A stretch of DNA of 64,000 nucleotides from Candidatus Heimdallarchaeum aukensis (GCA_021513695.1 CP084166.1:2272001-2336000), one strand, 5' to 3'; positions 46,914-57,063 are shown, counted from the stretch's first letter. The notes: generated by a model not told the origin, from the sequence alone. Numbers and translations: made by a program.

Positions 46914-47990
46914 TTAATCAATAATATAAACTGATGAAGCTTTGAAGATTGCGCATATTTCTTTTCCTTTCTTTATATCTAACTTTCTTTTTGATGTTCT
47001 CGTAATTACAGATGTAATCTCTATTCCACAATCCAGTACTACTTTCACATTTGATGATAAGTTTTCAATGATTTCAACAACTTTGCCCTCAAAACAATTT
47101 CTTGCACTGGTGAAATCCATTTTTTTAGGAGAAAGTATAATGTCCTCTGGTCGTATTGTTATAGTTATTTTTTGATTCGGTTTGAGTTTAAGATCATCAG
47201 ATAAAAATATCTTAATTTTCTTATTAGCATTTTCTGGAATAAAAAAAGTGAGATTCTCTTCATGATAAATAGTTCCTGAAAAAATATTCTCAAAATTAAA
47301 AAACTCTGCAATAAATTGAGATTTAGGATCCTCTATTATATCTTCAGGAGTGGCAAATCGTTCTATTTGTCCATTATTTAGTATTATGACTTTATTTGCT
47401 AATTCTGTTGCATCACCAATATTATGAGTAACATAAATAATTGTTTTATTGTAAACCTCTTTCGCTTTTTTAAGTAGTTTTATTATCTCTCTAGCTTTTC
47501 TTCTATCAACTCCAGAAAGAGGTTCATCCAATAAAATCAGTGGAAAATCAAGAATTAAAGCTCTGGCAATCGATATCCTATGCGCTTCTCCTCCAGACAA
47601 ATTTTTAGGTAATCGATTCCTCTTTTCTTCTAATCCCATGAATTCAAGAATGTCGTTAATTCTTTTTTCTCGTTCTTCTTTTGGAAAGTGATTAAGAATA
47701 AGTGCATATTCAAGATTTTCCTGAACTGTCATGTGAGGAAATAGTGTCGGTTTTTGTGGTACATAAGCTATTTGCCTTTTATTTAGAGGAAGGTAGGTGA
47801 TATCTTTCCCTCTGTAAACAATAGTCCCTTCGTTAGGAGAATAAATACCAAGGATAGTTTTTAGTAAAGATGTTTTTCCACTTCCAGAGGGCCCCAAAAT
47901 AACTATTGAATCATTTTTGGAGGCAGAAAATGTTATATCCTTTAACTCAAATTTTCCTAGAGTTAATCTAATTGAATTCACTTTTAACAT
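46914..47990 (-). CDS. wtpC: ABC transporter ATPase for molybdate/tungstate (ModC/WtpC) with a C-terminal TOBE domain
   Basis: Walker A GPSGSGKTS; signature LSGGEAHRISIARAL; Walker B ILLDEP; TOBE/MOP C-terminal ~120 aa. Confidence 0.8.
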   Translation of the reverse strand: MLKVNSIRLTLGKFELKDITFSASKNDSIVILGPSGSGKTSLLKTILGIYSPNEGTIVYRGKDITYLPLNKRQIAYVPQKPTLFPHMTVQENLEYALILNHFPKEEREKRINDILEFMGLEEKRNRLPKNLSGGEAHRISIARALILDFPLILLDEPLSGVDRRKAREIIKLLKKAKEVYNKTIIYVTHNIGDATELANKVIILNNGQIERFATPEDIIEDPKSQFIAEFFNFENIFSGTIYHEENLTFFIPENANKKIKIFLSDDLKLKPNQKITITIRPEDIILSPKKMDFTSARNCFEGKVVEIIENLSSNVKVVLDCGIEITSVITRTSKRKLDIKKGKEICAIFKASSVYIID

Positions 47991-48806
47991 TTATCTGTCC
48001 TCCTTCATCATAATTCTTGCTCCTACTCTTGCTAAGGCAAAAAGAATTGTACTTATAATAATGATAAAAACAGCAACAGGTCTAGCTGCATTTGTTCCTT
48101 GAGAGTTGTATAAATCGAAAACAATTACTGGAGCTGTTAAGGGATAATATGCCATGAAAACCACGGCACCAAACTCTGATGCTGCTCTTGCCCAACACAA
48201 AATAGTACTTGCTAAAATACTTTTTCTCGTTTGAGGAAAAACCACTTTTCTAAATGTGGTAAAAGATGATGCACCTAATATGTGCGAAAAAATTTCAAAA
48301 TCTGGGTCTATTAGATCAAATGTCTCTCTTGCACCTTGTATTAAAATGGGGGCGCTAACGAATAATTGAGCTATTACTATTCCTAGAATTGACCTTGTAA
48401 ATATAGTACCATACTCTGATGGGAATATTTGACCGATTAAACCATATCTACCAAAAACAGATAATAAAGCAATACCAGCAACACTATGGGGGAGAGCTAA
48501 AGGTAAATCTACTAATGTAATAAGAAAATTTTTTCCAAAAAACTCTTTTCTTGAAAAAATATATCCTAAACTAATTCCAAAAAATATTGAGACTATTGCT
48601 GTAATTGTAGCTGTAAAGAAAGTTGTCAGTATTGCTAGTTGCACTTTCTCAATCTTTAGAATCTCAATAAGACTTTGAGGTTTTTCTGAAAAAACCATCC
48701 ACAAAATAGGAATCACTAAAAGAAATAGGGCTAACATACTAAATAAGTAAAGAATAAGATAAAAAAGAGATATTTTTTTGGTAAAATGTTTTATTTTTAC
48801 TTTCAT
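47991..48806 (-). CDS. wtpB: ABC transporter permease (ModB/WtpB)
   Basis: Six TM helices and an EAA-like loop, adjacent to and co-oriented with the ATPase and binding protein. Confidence 0.75.
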   Translation of the reverse strand: MKVKIKHFTKKISLFYLILYLFSMLALFLLVIPILWMVFSEKPQSLIEILKIEKVQLAILTTFFTATITAIVSIFFGISLGYIFSRKEFFGKNFLITLVDLPLALPHSVAGIALLSVFGRYGLIGQIFPSEYGTIFTRSILGIVIAQLFVSAPILIQGARETFDLIDPDFEIFSHILGASSFTTFRKVVFPQTRKSILASTILCWARAASEFGAVVFMAYYPLTAPVIVFDLYNSQGTNAARPVAVFIIIISTILFALARVGARIMMKEDR

Positions 48807-48809
48807 AAT

Positions 48810-49844
48810 TTACAGCTCTACATTAGCTATAACTTTATCTTTTAATTTTTCTGGTAATAAACTTATGTTTTTTGTTTGTGGAGGATTAATAACCGGTTGG
48901 TAAGCTTGTTCGCTAATTATTCTTAATCCTTCTTCTGAAAGAATAAAACTAACAAAATCAACGGCTTCTTGGAAATTGGGTGCATTGTTTGGGATTGTTA
49001 ATCCGTACCATATTGCTTTACCTGTTTTTTCAGTAATACCTGGGCCTGTTGTATTTACAACTTCTCCAGTTATCGAGTTAAAGTAAACTGTTGCCTTACT
49101 ATAATAATCATTAAACGATTGGTTTGCGAGATTAATGTGTTCATCCAATTTGATATATGATAAATTATACTGAAGAGCCATGCTTTCATAAAGAAAAGCA
49201 TAGTCTATTTCTCCGATTTGTAATGGCCCCACAAGCTGTGCTTCATTACTTGTCCAAGGGTTTTTGAGTGTGGGGTGATTTATGTAATTATTCCACAGAC
49301 TACTATCATTATAAAAGAATGAAGCAAGTTTAAGAGTAATAAGTGTTCTATATCCACATGGATCATCTGCAGGATTAGATCTAGTTGTTATCACAGATGA
49401 TCGATTTGCATATAGGTACCAATTTGAAGCGTTTATCTCCGATGAAAATTGACTTTTTGAAGTGTAGGCTAAAACTATTGCATTTCTGGCAAAAACAACA
49501 CTCCAATTTGCCCATTTTGGTTGTGTTTCAACCATCATAGTATCAATTAGTTTATAATCAGAACTGAAAAGGATATCAGCTAATCTTCCTTCCTCAGTTA
49601 TTTTTCTTATTGAAGCTGCGCTCCCTGCTGATTCATGTTCAATAACAATATTAGGGTGTTGTCTTTCATATTCTTCTGCTAATTTTTCGATAGGGTAACT
49701 CAAGCTTCCTGCATGAAAAATAACAAGATGTGTTTTTTTATCACGTAAAAGTATCATACTAGCTGAAAATATAAAAGCTACGATAAAAAGACCGATTAAG
49801 ATATTAATAATGATCTTTTTGCTATTCATTATCTTCGAGAACAT
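48810..49844 (-). CDS. wtpA: Periplasmic/extracellular molybdate-tungstate binding protein (WtpA/ModA family)
   Basis: N-terminal TM/signal. FHAGSL...NPADDPCGYR motifs resembling WtpA-type oxyanion-binding proteins. Confidence 0.65.
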   Translation of the reverse strand: MFSKIMNSKKIIINILIGLFIVAFIFSASMILLRDKKTHLVIFHAGSLSYPIEKLAEEYERQHPNIVIEHESAGSAASIRKITEEGRLADILFSSDYKLIDTMMVETQPKWANWSVVFARNAIVLAYTSKSQFSSEINASNWYLYANRSSVITTRSNPADDPCGYRTLITLKLASFFYNDSSLWNNYINHPTLKNPWTSNEAQLVGPLQIGEIDYAFLYESMALQYNLSYIKLDEHINLANQSFNDYYSKATVYFNSITGEVVNTTGPGITEKTGKAIWYGLTIPNNAPNFQEAVDFVSFILSEEGLRIISEQAYQPVINPPQTKNISLLPEKLKDKVIANVEL

Positions 49845-50118
49845 CTACAAGATTTAAAAAAATATTTGTTGATATATGGACTTAATTTCTTATAAAATCA
49901 AGCAATAGAGCTTGAGAGATGTTTATCGACACAATAACATTAAATCAAATAGTGGTTATCAAATTGTCGCTTGTAATATATTATGAAGACAGTAAAACAA
50001 CCTTTAGCTTGTTTATCAATTAGAAATAACATATTACTATTTTGTTCTTATTTTCTAATTTTTAAATTAAAAGAGATTTTTTTGTTGTTTTCTCATCTCA
50101 TTAATTGTATCAAAAAGT

Positions 50119-50571
50119 CTAAATTTTTACCGAAGCTATTACAGTTTCAAAGTTTATGTCTTCGAATTTATTAATAATTGAATATCCTTCACTATTAATT
50201 GGTAAGTTTGAAATAAATAAAGCATGTATTCTTCTTCCTTCTGGTTTTACTCTTGTAATACGTTCGATGAAATCTTTTATGTCTTCAATAGGAACAAAGC
50301 TGTCTCTATAAAACCTACATTCACCTAAAATAAGTTTTTGTTCATTAAAAGCTACAAAATCAAAAATGAGTATCTCGTTCAGTGTCCAACTTACCCATTG
50401 ATATCCATCGTTTTCATAATCATACATAGGGATATCGAAACCTGATTTTTTTAATTCCTCAACACATAGTTTTACAACATCTGGATGAGCCTTACCAGGG
50501 ACAAAGTAACTTAATTTAGGTAATATATTTGATATTTTTAGTACTAGTTGTGTTGTGAGATTCATCCTCAT
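50119..50571 (-). CDS. Hypothetical protein (possible PD-(D/E)xK-like fold)
   Basis: 150 aa. An ILIFDFVAF...ILGECRF segment loosely resembles a nuclease core; unassigned. Confidence 0.3.
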   Translation of the reverse strand: MRMNLTTQLVLKISNILPKLSYFVPGKAHPDVVKLCVEELKKSGFDIPMYDYENDGYQWVSWTLNEILIFDFVAFNEQKLILGECRFYRDSFVPIEDIKDFIERITRVKPEGRRIHALFISNLPINSEGYSIINKFEDINFETVIASVKI

Positions 50572-50752
50572 TTTTTATATTGGAAAATAGTATAAGAATA
50601 TATTCATCATCTTGATTTTCGTATATTTTTTTCATTCTCTGTTGTTACTTCATATTTTGTCCTATTTCATTCATTTTTTTCATTTTCTTCTTTAGTAAAA
50701 GGTCTTTATCTCTAAACTTAAATATAATAGTAAAAATCTCGATTTAGTTAAA

Positions 50753-51625
50753 ATGAGTTTCGAGATTCTGGATACACGAGAGTTAAATTCCGAGAATACT
50801 TGGATGAAAATTAAAGCTCCTTTAATTGCTGAAAGATGTAAAGCAGGACAATTTGTTATTATACGTGCAAATGAAAAAGGAGAACGAATTCCTCTAACCA
50901 TTGCTAATTGGGATAAAGAAGAAGGTTCTTTTGAAGTTGTTTTTCAAAAAGTGGGTGCAAGTACATTAGAATTAGGCACTTACAAAAAAGGAGATCTATT
51001 GCTCGATGTTGTAGGTCCTTTAGGAATACCCACACATACAGAAGGAGCGGGAAATACCGTGGTTATTGGTGGAGGATTAGGAATTGCAATTGCTACTCCT
51101 GTTGCACGAGCTTATAAAGAAGCAGGAAATAAAGTACATGTTATTATAGGGGCTCGAACAAAAGAATTGCTCTTTAATATTGAAATTTTAGAATCTTTTG
51201 CAGATGGACTAACGATTTGTACAGATGACGGTAGTTTTGGTATTAAAGGCTTTGTGACCCAACCATTACAAGAAATGATCGATAAAGGAGAAAAAATTGA
51301 TACTGTATTTTGTGTTGGCCCCCCCATAATGATGAAGTTTATTTCAAAAATAACAGAAAAACATGGGATTCACACTGTTGCTTCTCTCAATACTATTATG
51401 TTAGATGGAACAGGTATGTGTGGTGCATGTAGAGTTACTGTTGGTGACGAAATTAAATTTGTTTGTGTTGACGGTCCTGACTTCGATGCACATTTAGTAG
51501 ATTGGGATGAAATGATGGCTAGAACACAAGCTTATAGAGAAGAAGAGAAAATAGCATTAGAGCACTACCATAAATGTAGAGCTGAAAAGGCTTTAGAAGA
51601 GCAAAATGCTCAAGAAAATAAGTAG
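50753..51625 (+). CDS. nfnA: NfnA/SudB-like FAD/NAD(P)-binding ferredoxin-reductase-type subunit with [2Fe-2S]
   Basis: PyrK-like fold: RIPLTIA, GGGLGIAI, and C-terminal CGACRV..C cluster. Confidence 0.7.
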   Translation: MSFEILDTRELNSENTWMKIKAPLIAERCKAGQFVIIRANEKGERIPLTIANWDKEEGSFEVVFQKVGASTLELGTYKKGDLLLDVVGPLGIPTHTEGAGNTVVIGGGLGIAIATPVARAYKEAGNKVHVIIGARTKELLFNIEILESFADGLTICTDDGSFGIKGFVTQPLQEMIDKGEKIDTVFCVGPPIMMKFISKITEKHGIHTVASLNTIMLDGTGMCGACRVTVGDEIKFVCVDGPDFDAHLVDWDEMMARTQAYREEEKIALEHYHKCRAEKALEEQNAQENK

Positions 51626-51637
51626 AGGTAGAAAAAG

Positions 51638-53104
51638 ATGGGTTCCGAAGCAAAAAAAAGTAGGGGTAGAAAGCCATTAGTAAGAACAAGATTACCTATG
51701 GCTACACAGAGACCAGAAGATAGAGTAAAAAATTTTAATGAAGTTCCTTATGGTTATAATGAAGCAGAAGCAGTCCTTGAATCACAAAGATGCCTTCAAT
51801 GTAGAAACGCTCCTTGTGTTAAAGGATGTCCTGTTGAAGTTCCAATTCCTCAATTTATTAAATTGGTTCAAGAAGGTAAATTCGTTGAGGCTGCAGAAGT
51901 AATAAAAACAAAAAATAGTCTTCCTGCTATAACTGGAAGAGTATGCCCACAAGAACTTCAATGTGAAGCACGTTGTGTTATGGGGAGAAGATATCAACCT
52001 GTATCAATAGGTAATCTTGAACGTTTTGTTGCTGATTATGCAAGAGAACATGGTGAAGCGTTACCTGAACTCCCTGAACCAACTGGAAAAAAAGTGGCTG
52101 TAGTAGGTGCAGGCCCAGCAGGATTAACATGTGCAGGGGATCTAGCTTTACTTGGACATGAAGTAACAGTTTTTGAAGCTCTTCATGCTCCTGGTGGTGT
52201 TTTAATATATGGTATTCCAGAATTTCGTTTACCTAAAGATATTGTCAGATATGAAACTAATTACTTAAAGAAATTAGGTGTAAAGATTATACCCAATTTT
52301 ATTATTGGGAAAAATAAAACCGTTAAAGAGCTACTAAATGAATTTGATGCAGTTTTTATAGGCACTGGTGCAGGTTCTCCAAGATTGCTAAAAATTCCAG
52401 GAATAAACCTAGTTAATGTATATTCAGCTAATGAATACCTAACCAGAGTAAATCTGTTGAAAGGTTATCTGTTTCCTGAATATAAAACTCCAGTGAAAAA
52501 AGGAAAAACTGTTATTACAATTGGAGCTGGAAACGTAGCTATGGATGCGGCACGAACCGCAAAAAGACTTGGAGCAGAGAACTCAATAATAGTTTACAGA
52601 AGAAGTAAAAAAGAATGTCCAGCTAGAGTAGAAGAAGTACATCACGCAGAGGAAGAAGGTATAGATTTCAGATTTTTAACTAATCCAATTAGAATAATAG
52701 GCGATGAAAATGGACGTGTAAAGGCTTTAGAATGCCTGCGTTACAAACTTGGCGAACCAGATGAAACAGGAAGAGCTAAACCTATTCCTATTGAAGGTTC
52801 AGAGCATATAATCGAATGTGATGTTGTTATAATTGCAATTGGAAACAATCCTAACCCCATTATTCCTCAAACTACACCAGACTTAGAAACTAGTAAGTGG
52901 GGAACAATAATCACTAACTCGAAAACAGGAGAAACTAGTTTACAACGAGTTTATGCTGGAGGAGATATAGCAACAGGAGCAGCAACAGTTATTGCAGCGA
53001 TGGGAGCAGGAAAAATAGCCGCAAAAAGCATCCACAAACAATTAATGGGTCACGAAATCGATGAAGAAGAACATAACCTCGAAGTTGGCAAATGTGACTC
53101 TTAA
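51638..53104 (+). CDS. nfnB: NfnB/SudA-like glutamate-synthase-small-subunit-type NADPH oxidoreductase
   Basis: N-terminal 2x[4Fe-4S] (CLQCRNAPCVKGCP, CPQELQCEARC); FAD site VAVVGAGPAGL; NAD(P)H site IGAGNVAMD. Confidence 0.8.
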   Translation: MGSEAKKSRGRKPLVRTRLPMATQRPEDRVKNFNEVPYGYNEAEAVLESQRCLQCRNAPCVKGCPVEVPIPQFIKLVQEGKFVEAAEVIKTKNSLPAITGRVCPQELQCEARCVMGRRYQPVSIGNLERFVADYAREHGEALPELPEPTGKKVAVVGAGPAGLTCAGDLALLGHEVTVFEALHAPGGVLIYGIPEFRLPKDIVRYETNYLKKLGVKIIPNFIIGKNKTVKELLNEFDAVFIGTGAGSPRLLKIPGINLVNVYSANEYLTRVNLLKGYLFPEYKTPVKKGKTVITIGAGNVAMDAARTAKRLGAENSIIVYRRSKKECPARVEEVHHAEEEGIDFRFLTNPIRIIGDENGRVKALECLRYKLGEPDETGRAKPIPIEGSEHIIECDVVIIAIGNNPNPIIPQTTPDLETSKWGTIITNSKTGETSLQRVYAGGDIATGAATVIAAMGAGKIAAKSIHKQLMGHEIDEEEHNLEVGKCDS

Positions 53105-53177
53105 ATTTCTAAACCTTTTTTTAATTCCCTTTCAATCTTTTTTTGGTAAAAAAGTCTTAATCCAGTATTGATCTTAT

Positions 53178-53657
53178 CTATAAGATTAAACGATAAAGAT
53201 AGGCATTTTCTCCATCTTCATAATATTTTCGAATAGTTCTGATTCGCTTAAAACCCATTTTTTCATATAGATTAATTGCATAATTATTAGTTACTCTTAC
53301 CTCGAGTTTAATCGAACTAAAACCTAGTTCTTTTACTTTAGTTACGAAGTATCTAAGCAGCATTTTTCCGTATCCTTTCTTCCTAAAATTTCTATGAATT
53401 GCTATAGAAAGTATATGTGCTTCAGACTTAAATGATGATCTTCCACCAAGAATGAAACCTATTATCTTGCTATTAGAATTACTATTATCCAATAAATTAA
53501 CATCTGTTTCTAAAACAAAGCATAGGTCAGGATTCTGAAAGAAAATTAAGGAAATATACGATTCAGGGAAAGGAAATGCAAACGTGATTCGCTCTAAATC
53601 ATAAACATCAATAATATCTTCAGCTTGCATTTCCCTTATCTGCACCATAAGTTTCAC
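53178..53657 (-). CDS. GNAT N-acetyltransferase (RimI-like)
   Basis: Acetyl-CoA motif A (HRNFRKKGYGKMLL) within a GNAT fold. Confidence 0.7.
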   Translation of the reverse strand: MKLMVQIREMQAEDIIDVYDLERITFAFPFPESYISLIFFQNPDLCFVLETDVNLLDNSNSNSKIIGFILGGRSSFKSEAHILSIAIHRNFRKKGYGKMLLRYFVTKVKELGFSSIKLEVRVTNNYAINLYEKMGFKRIRTIRKYYEDGENAYLYRLIL

Positions 53658-53769
53658 AATTAGTAGTCATTGATTACAACCATAGTTTAGTAGAAAAAAA
53701 CTTTGTGTTCTATTAAATAGTTTAAAATAGGGAAAGTTAAATAAGACTTTGAGTAGATTCTTATGCCTT

Positions 53770-54010
53770 CTATCGAGGACTTGCTAGAGGTTGTTTATGA
53801 CAAACGATGAAAGCAAGAGCAAAAAGAAGGCTACAGCCTATCATATACGGGCTCTTTACCAAGTTGAGTGTGTCACTCAGAACAATGAGGTTGAGTCAAC
53901 CCTGATAGGCTACATTGGGTTCTCCTGAGGAGCTCTGCTAGCAGATGTGGGGTTGTCCCAAAGATGAAGCTTAGTGTTAGCCTTAGGGGAACCCTTTAGT
54001 TATATTGAAA
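53770..54010. ncRNA. Candidate structured noncoding RNA of unknown class (GC-enriched spacer with multiple perfect short hairpins)
   Basis: GC ~45% against a ~30% background. Hairpins gagtgTGTcactc, ggttgaGTCaacc, ctccTGAggag, tgggGTTGtccca. No ORF. Strand undetermined. Confidence 0.25.
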
Positions 54011-54057
54011 CAGAAAAATTAAAAATAGGTTGGAATTAAGCAATTCAGTAGAAAATA

Positions 54058-54132
54058 GGGGTAGTAGTCTAGTGGTATGACAACGCCTTCACGCGGCGTA
54101 GGTCGCAGGTTCAATTCCTGCCTACCCCACCA
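54058..54132 (+). tRNA. tRNA-Val(CAC), CCA encoded
   Basis: Acceptor GGGGTAG/CTACCCC; anticodon stem ACGCC/GGCGT with loop TTCACGC (anticodon CAC 54090-54092); T arm GCAGG-TTCAATT-CCTGC; discriminator A. Confidence 0.9.
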
Positions 54133-54140
54133 CTAACAAT

Positions 54141-55121
54141 TTGTTGAGAAATCAAATGTCAGAATCAAATACTGATCACGGATTTATTGACCTTTTTTCG
54201 GGAGCTGGAGGTTTTAGTTCTGGGTTTAGACTTGCTGGCTTTAAAGAATTACTCGCTATTGAAAGAGATCCCTCTGCCTTAAGAACATACAACTTGAACC
54301 TGCCTGATGCAATTTGTATAAATGATGATATACGAAATATTCATTCCTTAGAAATAGAACAAAAATGTTCTCAAAAACCAACAGTTATATTAGCTTCTCC
54401 TCCTTGTGAACCATTCACTGCTGCAAATACAAAACGAAAGGAAACTGCGTGGGAAAGGTTTTTTGAGGACCCTCAAGGTGATTTAATTTTTCATGCAATA
54501 AGGATAATCAAAGACTTGAATCCCGATTTTTTTGTTATTGAAAATGTTGTGCCTATTATAGATGGTGAAGGAAAAGATATTATTCTCGAAGCTTTTGCAG
54601 ACTCCAAATTCCAAGACATCCATTTTAATGTTATTCGTGCAGAAAAACACGGTTCTCCTTCTTCTAGAAAACGTGTTTTTATTTCTAACATTAATCTTAA
54701 TTTAGAGAAAAAAAAGACTGTTACTGTTGGTCAAGCTTTATCTGGTCTTCAGGATCCTTCCTATCCAAATGATCTTCCCAATCATTTTTTATCTCCTGTT
54801 CCTGATAAGATTCAAAAAAGAATTCATCAAATCAAGCCTGGGCATGCAGCTGTTTACTTTGAAGGAGCTTTAAGTGAAAAAGTAAATTGGGTCAAGCTTG
54901 ATAAAGACAAAGTTTCCCCTACTGTGATGGGGAAATCTCGATTTATTCATTTTCATCAAGATAGAGCCTTAACTGTACGTGAACATGGACGATTGATGAC
55001 CTTTCATGATGATTTTAAATTTACTGGAACGATTGAGGAAATGTATAACCAAGTTGGAGAGGCAGTTCCTCCATTAATTTCTTATTTGATCGCAGAAGAG
55101 ATAAAAAAACAAATTAGTTGA
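54141..55121 (+). CDS. DNA (cytosine-5)-methyltransferase (Dcm family), orphan
   Basis: Motif I FIDLFSGAGGF; motif IV PC (ASPPCEPFT); motif VI ENV; motifs IX/X at the C-terminus. Starts 9 nt after tRNA-Val. Confidence 0.85.
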   Translation: MLRNQMSESNTDHGFIDLFSGAGGFSSGFRLAGFKELLAIERDPSALRTYNLNLPDAICINDDIRNIHSLEIEQKCSQKPTVILASPPCEPFTAANTKRKETAWERFFEDPQGDLIFHAIRIIKDLNPDFFVIENVVPIIDGEGKDIILEAFADSKFQDIHFNVIRAEKHGSPSSRKRVFISNINLNLEKKKTVTVGQALSGLQDPSYPNDLPNHFLSPVPDKIQKRIHQIKPGHAAVYFEGALSEKVNWVKLDKDKVSPTVMGKSRFIHFHQDRALTVREHGRLMTFHDDFKFTGTIEEMYNQVGEAVPPLISYLIAEEIKKQIS

Positions 55122-55174
55122 AAGTATCAATTTTTCCAAAACATTTAATTTTTCTATAGTAAATTTCTTTTAGA

Positions 55175-56227
55175 ATGTCTTCGAGTAAATCATCTAGTAA
55201 AGCGAAAAGGATAAATTTTTCCACTCTTTTTAAAGGAATAATTAAAGCTGGTTATTGTGCTTCTTGTGGAGCTTGTGTAAGTGTCTGTCCTGTTAATAGT
55301 ATTGAAATGCAAAATGATCTTCCAAAACTTGTTTCTACATGCATTTCTTGTGGAGCTTGTGTAGATGCTTGTTATCGTTTCCAAAAACGAGAGAAACAAG
55401 AACAAGCAGCAATGGATCCGAATGAAATTTTAGAAATATATACTGCTAAAGCTAAAGATGAACGTATTTATACTCAAGCACAGAATGGGGGTGTTGTTAC
55501 AACTCTTCTAGTTCATGCATTTGAGGAAGGGCTAATTGATGGGGCTTTAGTTACGGATAAGTACTCTAATCTTTTTGAACCTAAACCTATCCTAGTAAAT
55601 ACCTCAGAAGGTGTTATTCATGGGGCTGGATCAAAATATGTTATTAGTAATAGCTTAACAAAATTAGATGCTGTTCGTACTAGTCATAAAAAGAAAGCAG
55701 CAATTGTTGGTGTTCCTTGTCATATTGAATCTCTTACACGAATCATGGAATTTGGATATCTGGGACTTGATCATAGGGTTGCTTTGAAAATAGGTCTATT
55801 CTGTATGCACTCTTATGATAAAAATCTGCTCAAACAATTTGTTGCTGATAAATTTAACATTACTCCTGAACAAATAATAAAGATGGATATTGATAAAGGT
55901 AAGTTCATTTTTGTTACTGAAACAGAGAAATACAAAGTAAAGTTATCAGATATAGATTCCGCTTTCTACAATGGATGCCACTTTTGTTCAGATTTTACTG
56001 CAGACTATTCAGATATTGCTGTAGGTAATATTGGTGTAGACACAAAGAGCAATGTTGTTTTAGTTCGCACTCAGAAAGGCAAAGAATTGTTTGAATCTGC
56101 AATCGAAAAGGGACTTCTTGAAGTAACAAAAATTGATTCTTCAGAATGGGAGACAAAATTTGGGCTTGTCTTCAAACTTGAAAAAAGAAAGAAAAAAGAG
56201 GCTAAAGCCCTTCCCGCTCTAGACTAA
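55175..56227 (+). CDS. FrhB/FdhB-family protein (coenzyme F420 hydrogenase/dehydrogenase beta-subunit-like) with N-terminal 2x[4Fe-4S]
   Basis: CASCGACVSVCP and CISCGACVDAC ferredoxin motifs, followed by FrhB_FdhB N/C domains. Confidence 0.65.
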   Translation: MSSSKSSSKAKRINFSTLFKGIIKAGYCASCGACVSVCPVNSIEMQNDLPKLVSTCISCGACVDACYRFQKREKQEQAAMDPNEILEIYTAKAKDERIYTQAQNGGVVTTLLVHAFEEGLIDGALVTDKYSNLFEPKPILVNTSEGVIHGAGSKYVISNSLTKLDAVRTSHKKKAAIVGVPCHIESLTRIMEFGYLGLDHRVALKIGLFCMHSYDKNLLKQFVADKFNITPEQIIKMDIDKGKFIFVTETEKYKVKLSDIDSAFYNGCHFCSDFTADYSDIAVGNIGVDTKSNVVLVRTQKGKELFESAIEKGLLEVTKIDSSEWETKFGLVFKLEKRKKKEAKALPALD

Positions 56228-56235
56228 CCATTGAT

Positions 56236-57000
56236 TTGGTGATCTCTTCATTGAAAAAAATTGAACTTTTTTCCATTCCTTTTCCTATTGTTAAAAAAGG
56301 AGATAATATCGCTGAACTGATTCTAAAAGAATTAAGTGAAAACAATATAGAAATTCAAGATGGAGACATTTTTGTTATTGCTCACACTATTATTTCTCGC
56401 GCAGATGGAAATGAATACTATCTACCAACAATTTCTCCTTCTTTTCTTGCTGAAATAATTTCTCGTAAAACAGGAAAAGACCCTTCTTTAGTTCAATTAA
56501 TTCTAAATGAGTCGTCTTCTCTAGAGAAAGTTCAGAATAACATTATTATTAGTAAACATCGTCTAGGGTGGATATCTGCTAATGCCGCAGTTGATCAGTC
56601 CAACTCTCTTCCTAACCATGCTGTTACGTTACCTACTGATCCTGAAAAAACTGCTAAAAAAATTGGCTCTTATTTACAATCCAAATTAAAGAAAAAGATT
56701 TCAATATTGATTTCAGATACTCATGGTCGTGCTCTTAGGAGAGGAGCAATTAACATAGCAATTGGTTCTTATAATTTTTCAGTAATTGATGATGCAAGAG
56801 GTCGCAAAGATATTTTTGGCAATGAACTAAAATCCACTCTTGTGGCATTAGCTGATGAAGTTTGTTCTGCTGCAGAGTTATTAATGGGACAAGCTGACGA
56901 AATGTCTCCGATTGTTATTATAAGAGGATTTACTCAACGTTCACCTGTTTCTTCAATTTATGAATTGCAATATGAAGATGATAAACGACTTTTTAAATGA
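56236..57000 (+). CDS. cofE: Coenzyme F420-0:L-glutamate ligase CofE
   Basis: Near-collinear match to the CofE signature: KKGDNIAELI...DGDIFVIAHTIISRADG...ISANAAVDQSN...ISDTHGRALRRGAINIAIG...IFGNELK...ALADEVCSAAELLMGQADE...VIIRGF. Confidence 0.8.
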   Translation: MVISSLKKIELFSIPFPIVKKGDNIAELILKELSENNIEIQDGDIFVIAHTIISRADGNEYYLPTISPSFLAEIISRKTGKDPSLVQLILNESSSLEKVQNNIIISKHRLGWISANAAVDQSNSLPNHAVTLPTDPEKTAKKIGSYLQSKLKKKISILISDTHGRALRRGAINIAIGSYNFSVIDDARGRKDIFGNELKSTLVALADEVCSAAELLMGQADEMSPIVIIRGFTQRSPVSSIYELQYEDDKRLFK

Positions 57001-57063
57001 AAAAAGAGTAAGTTTAAATAATAACCAAATTAATTCAATCAACAAAAGCAATTCGCTTGTAAG

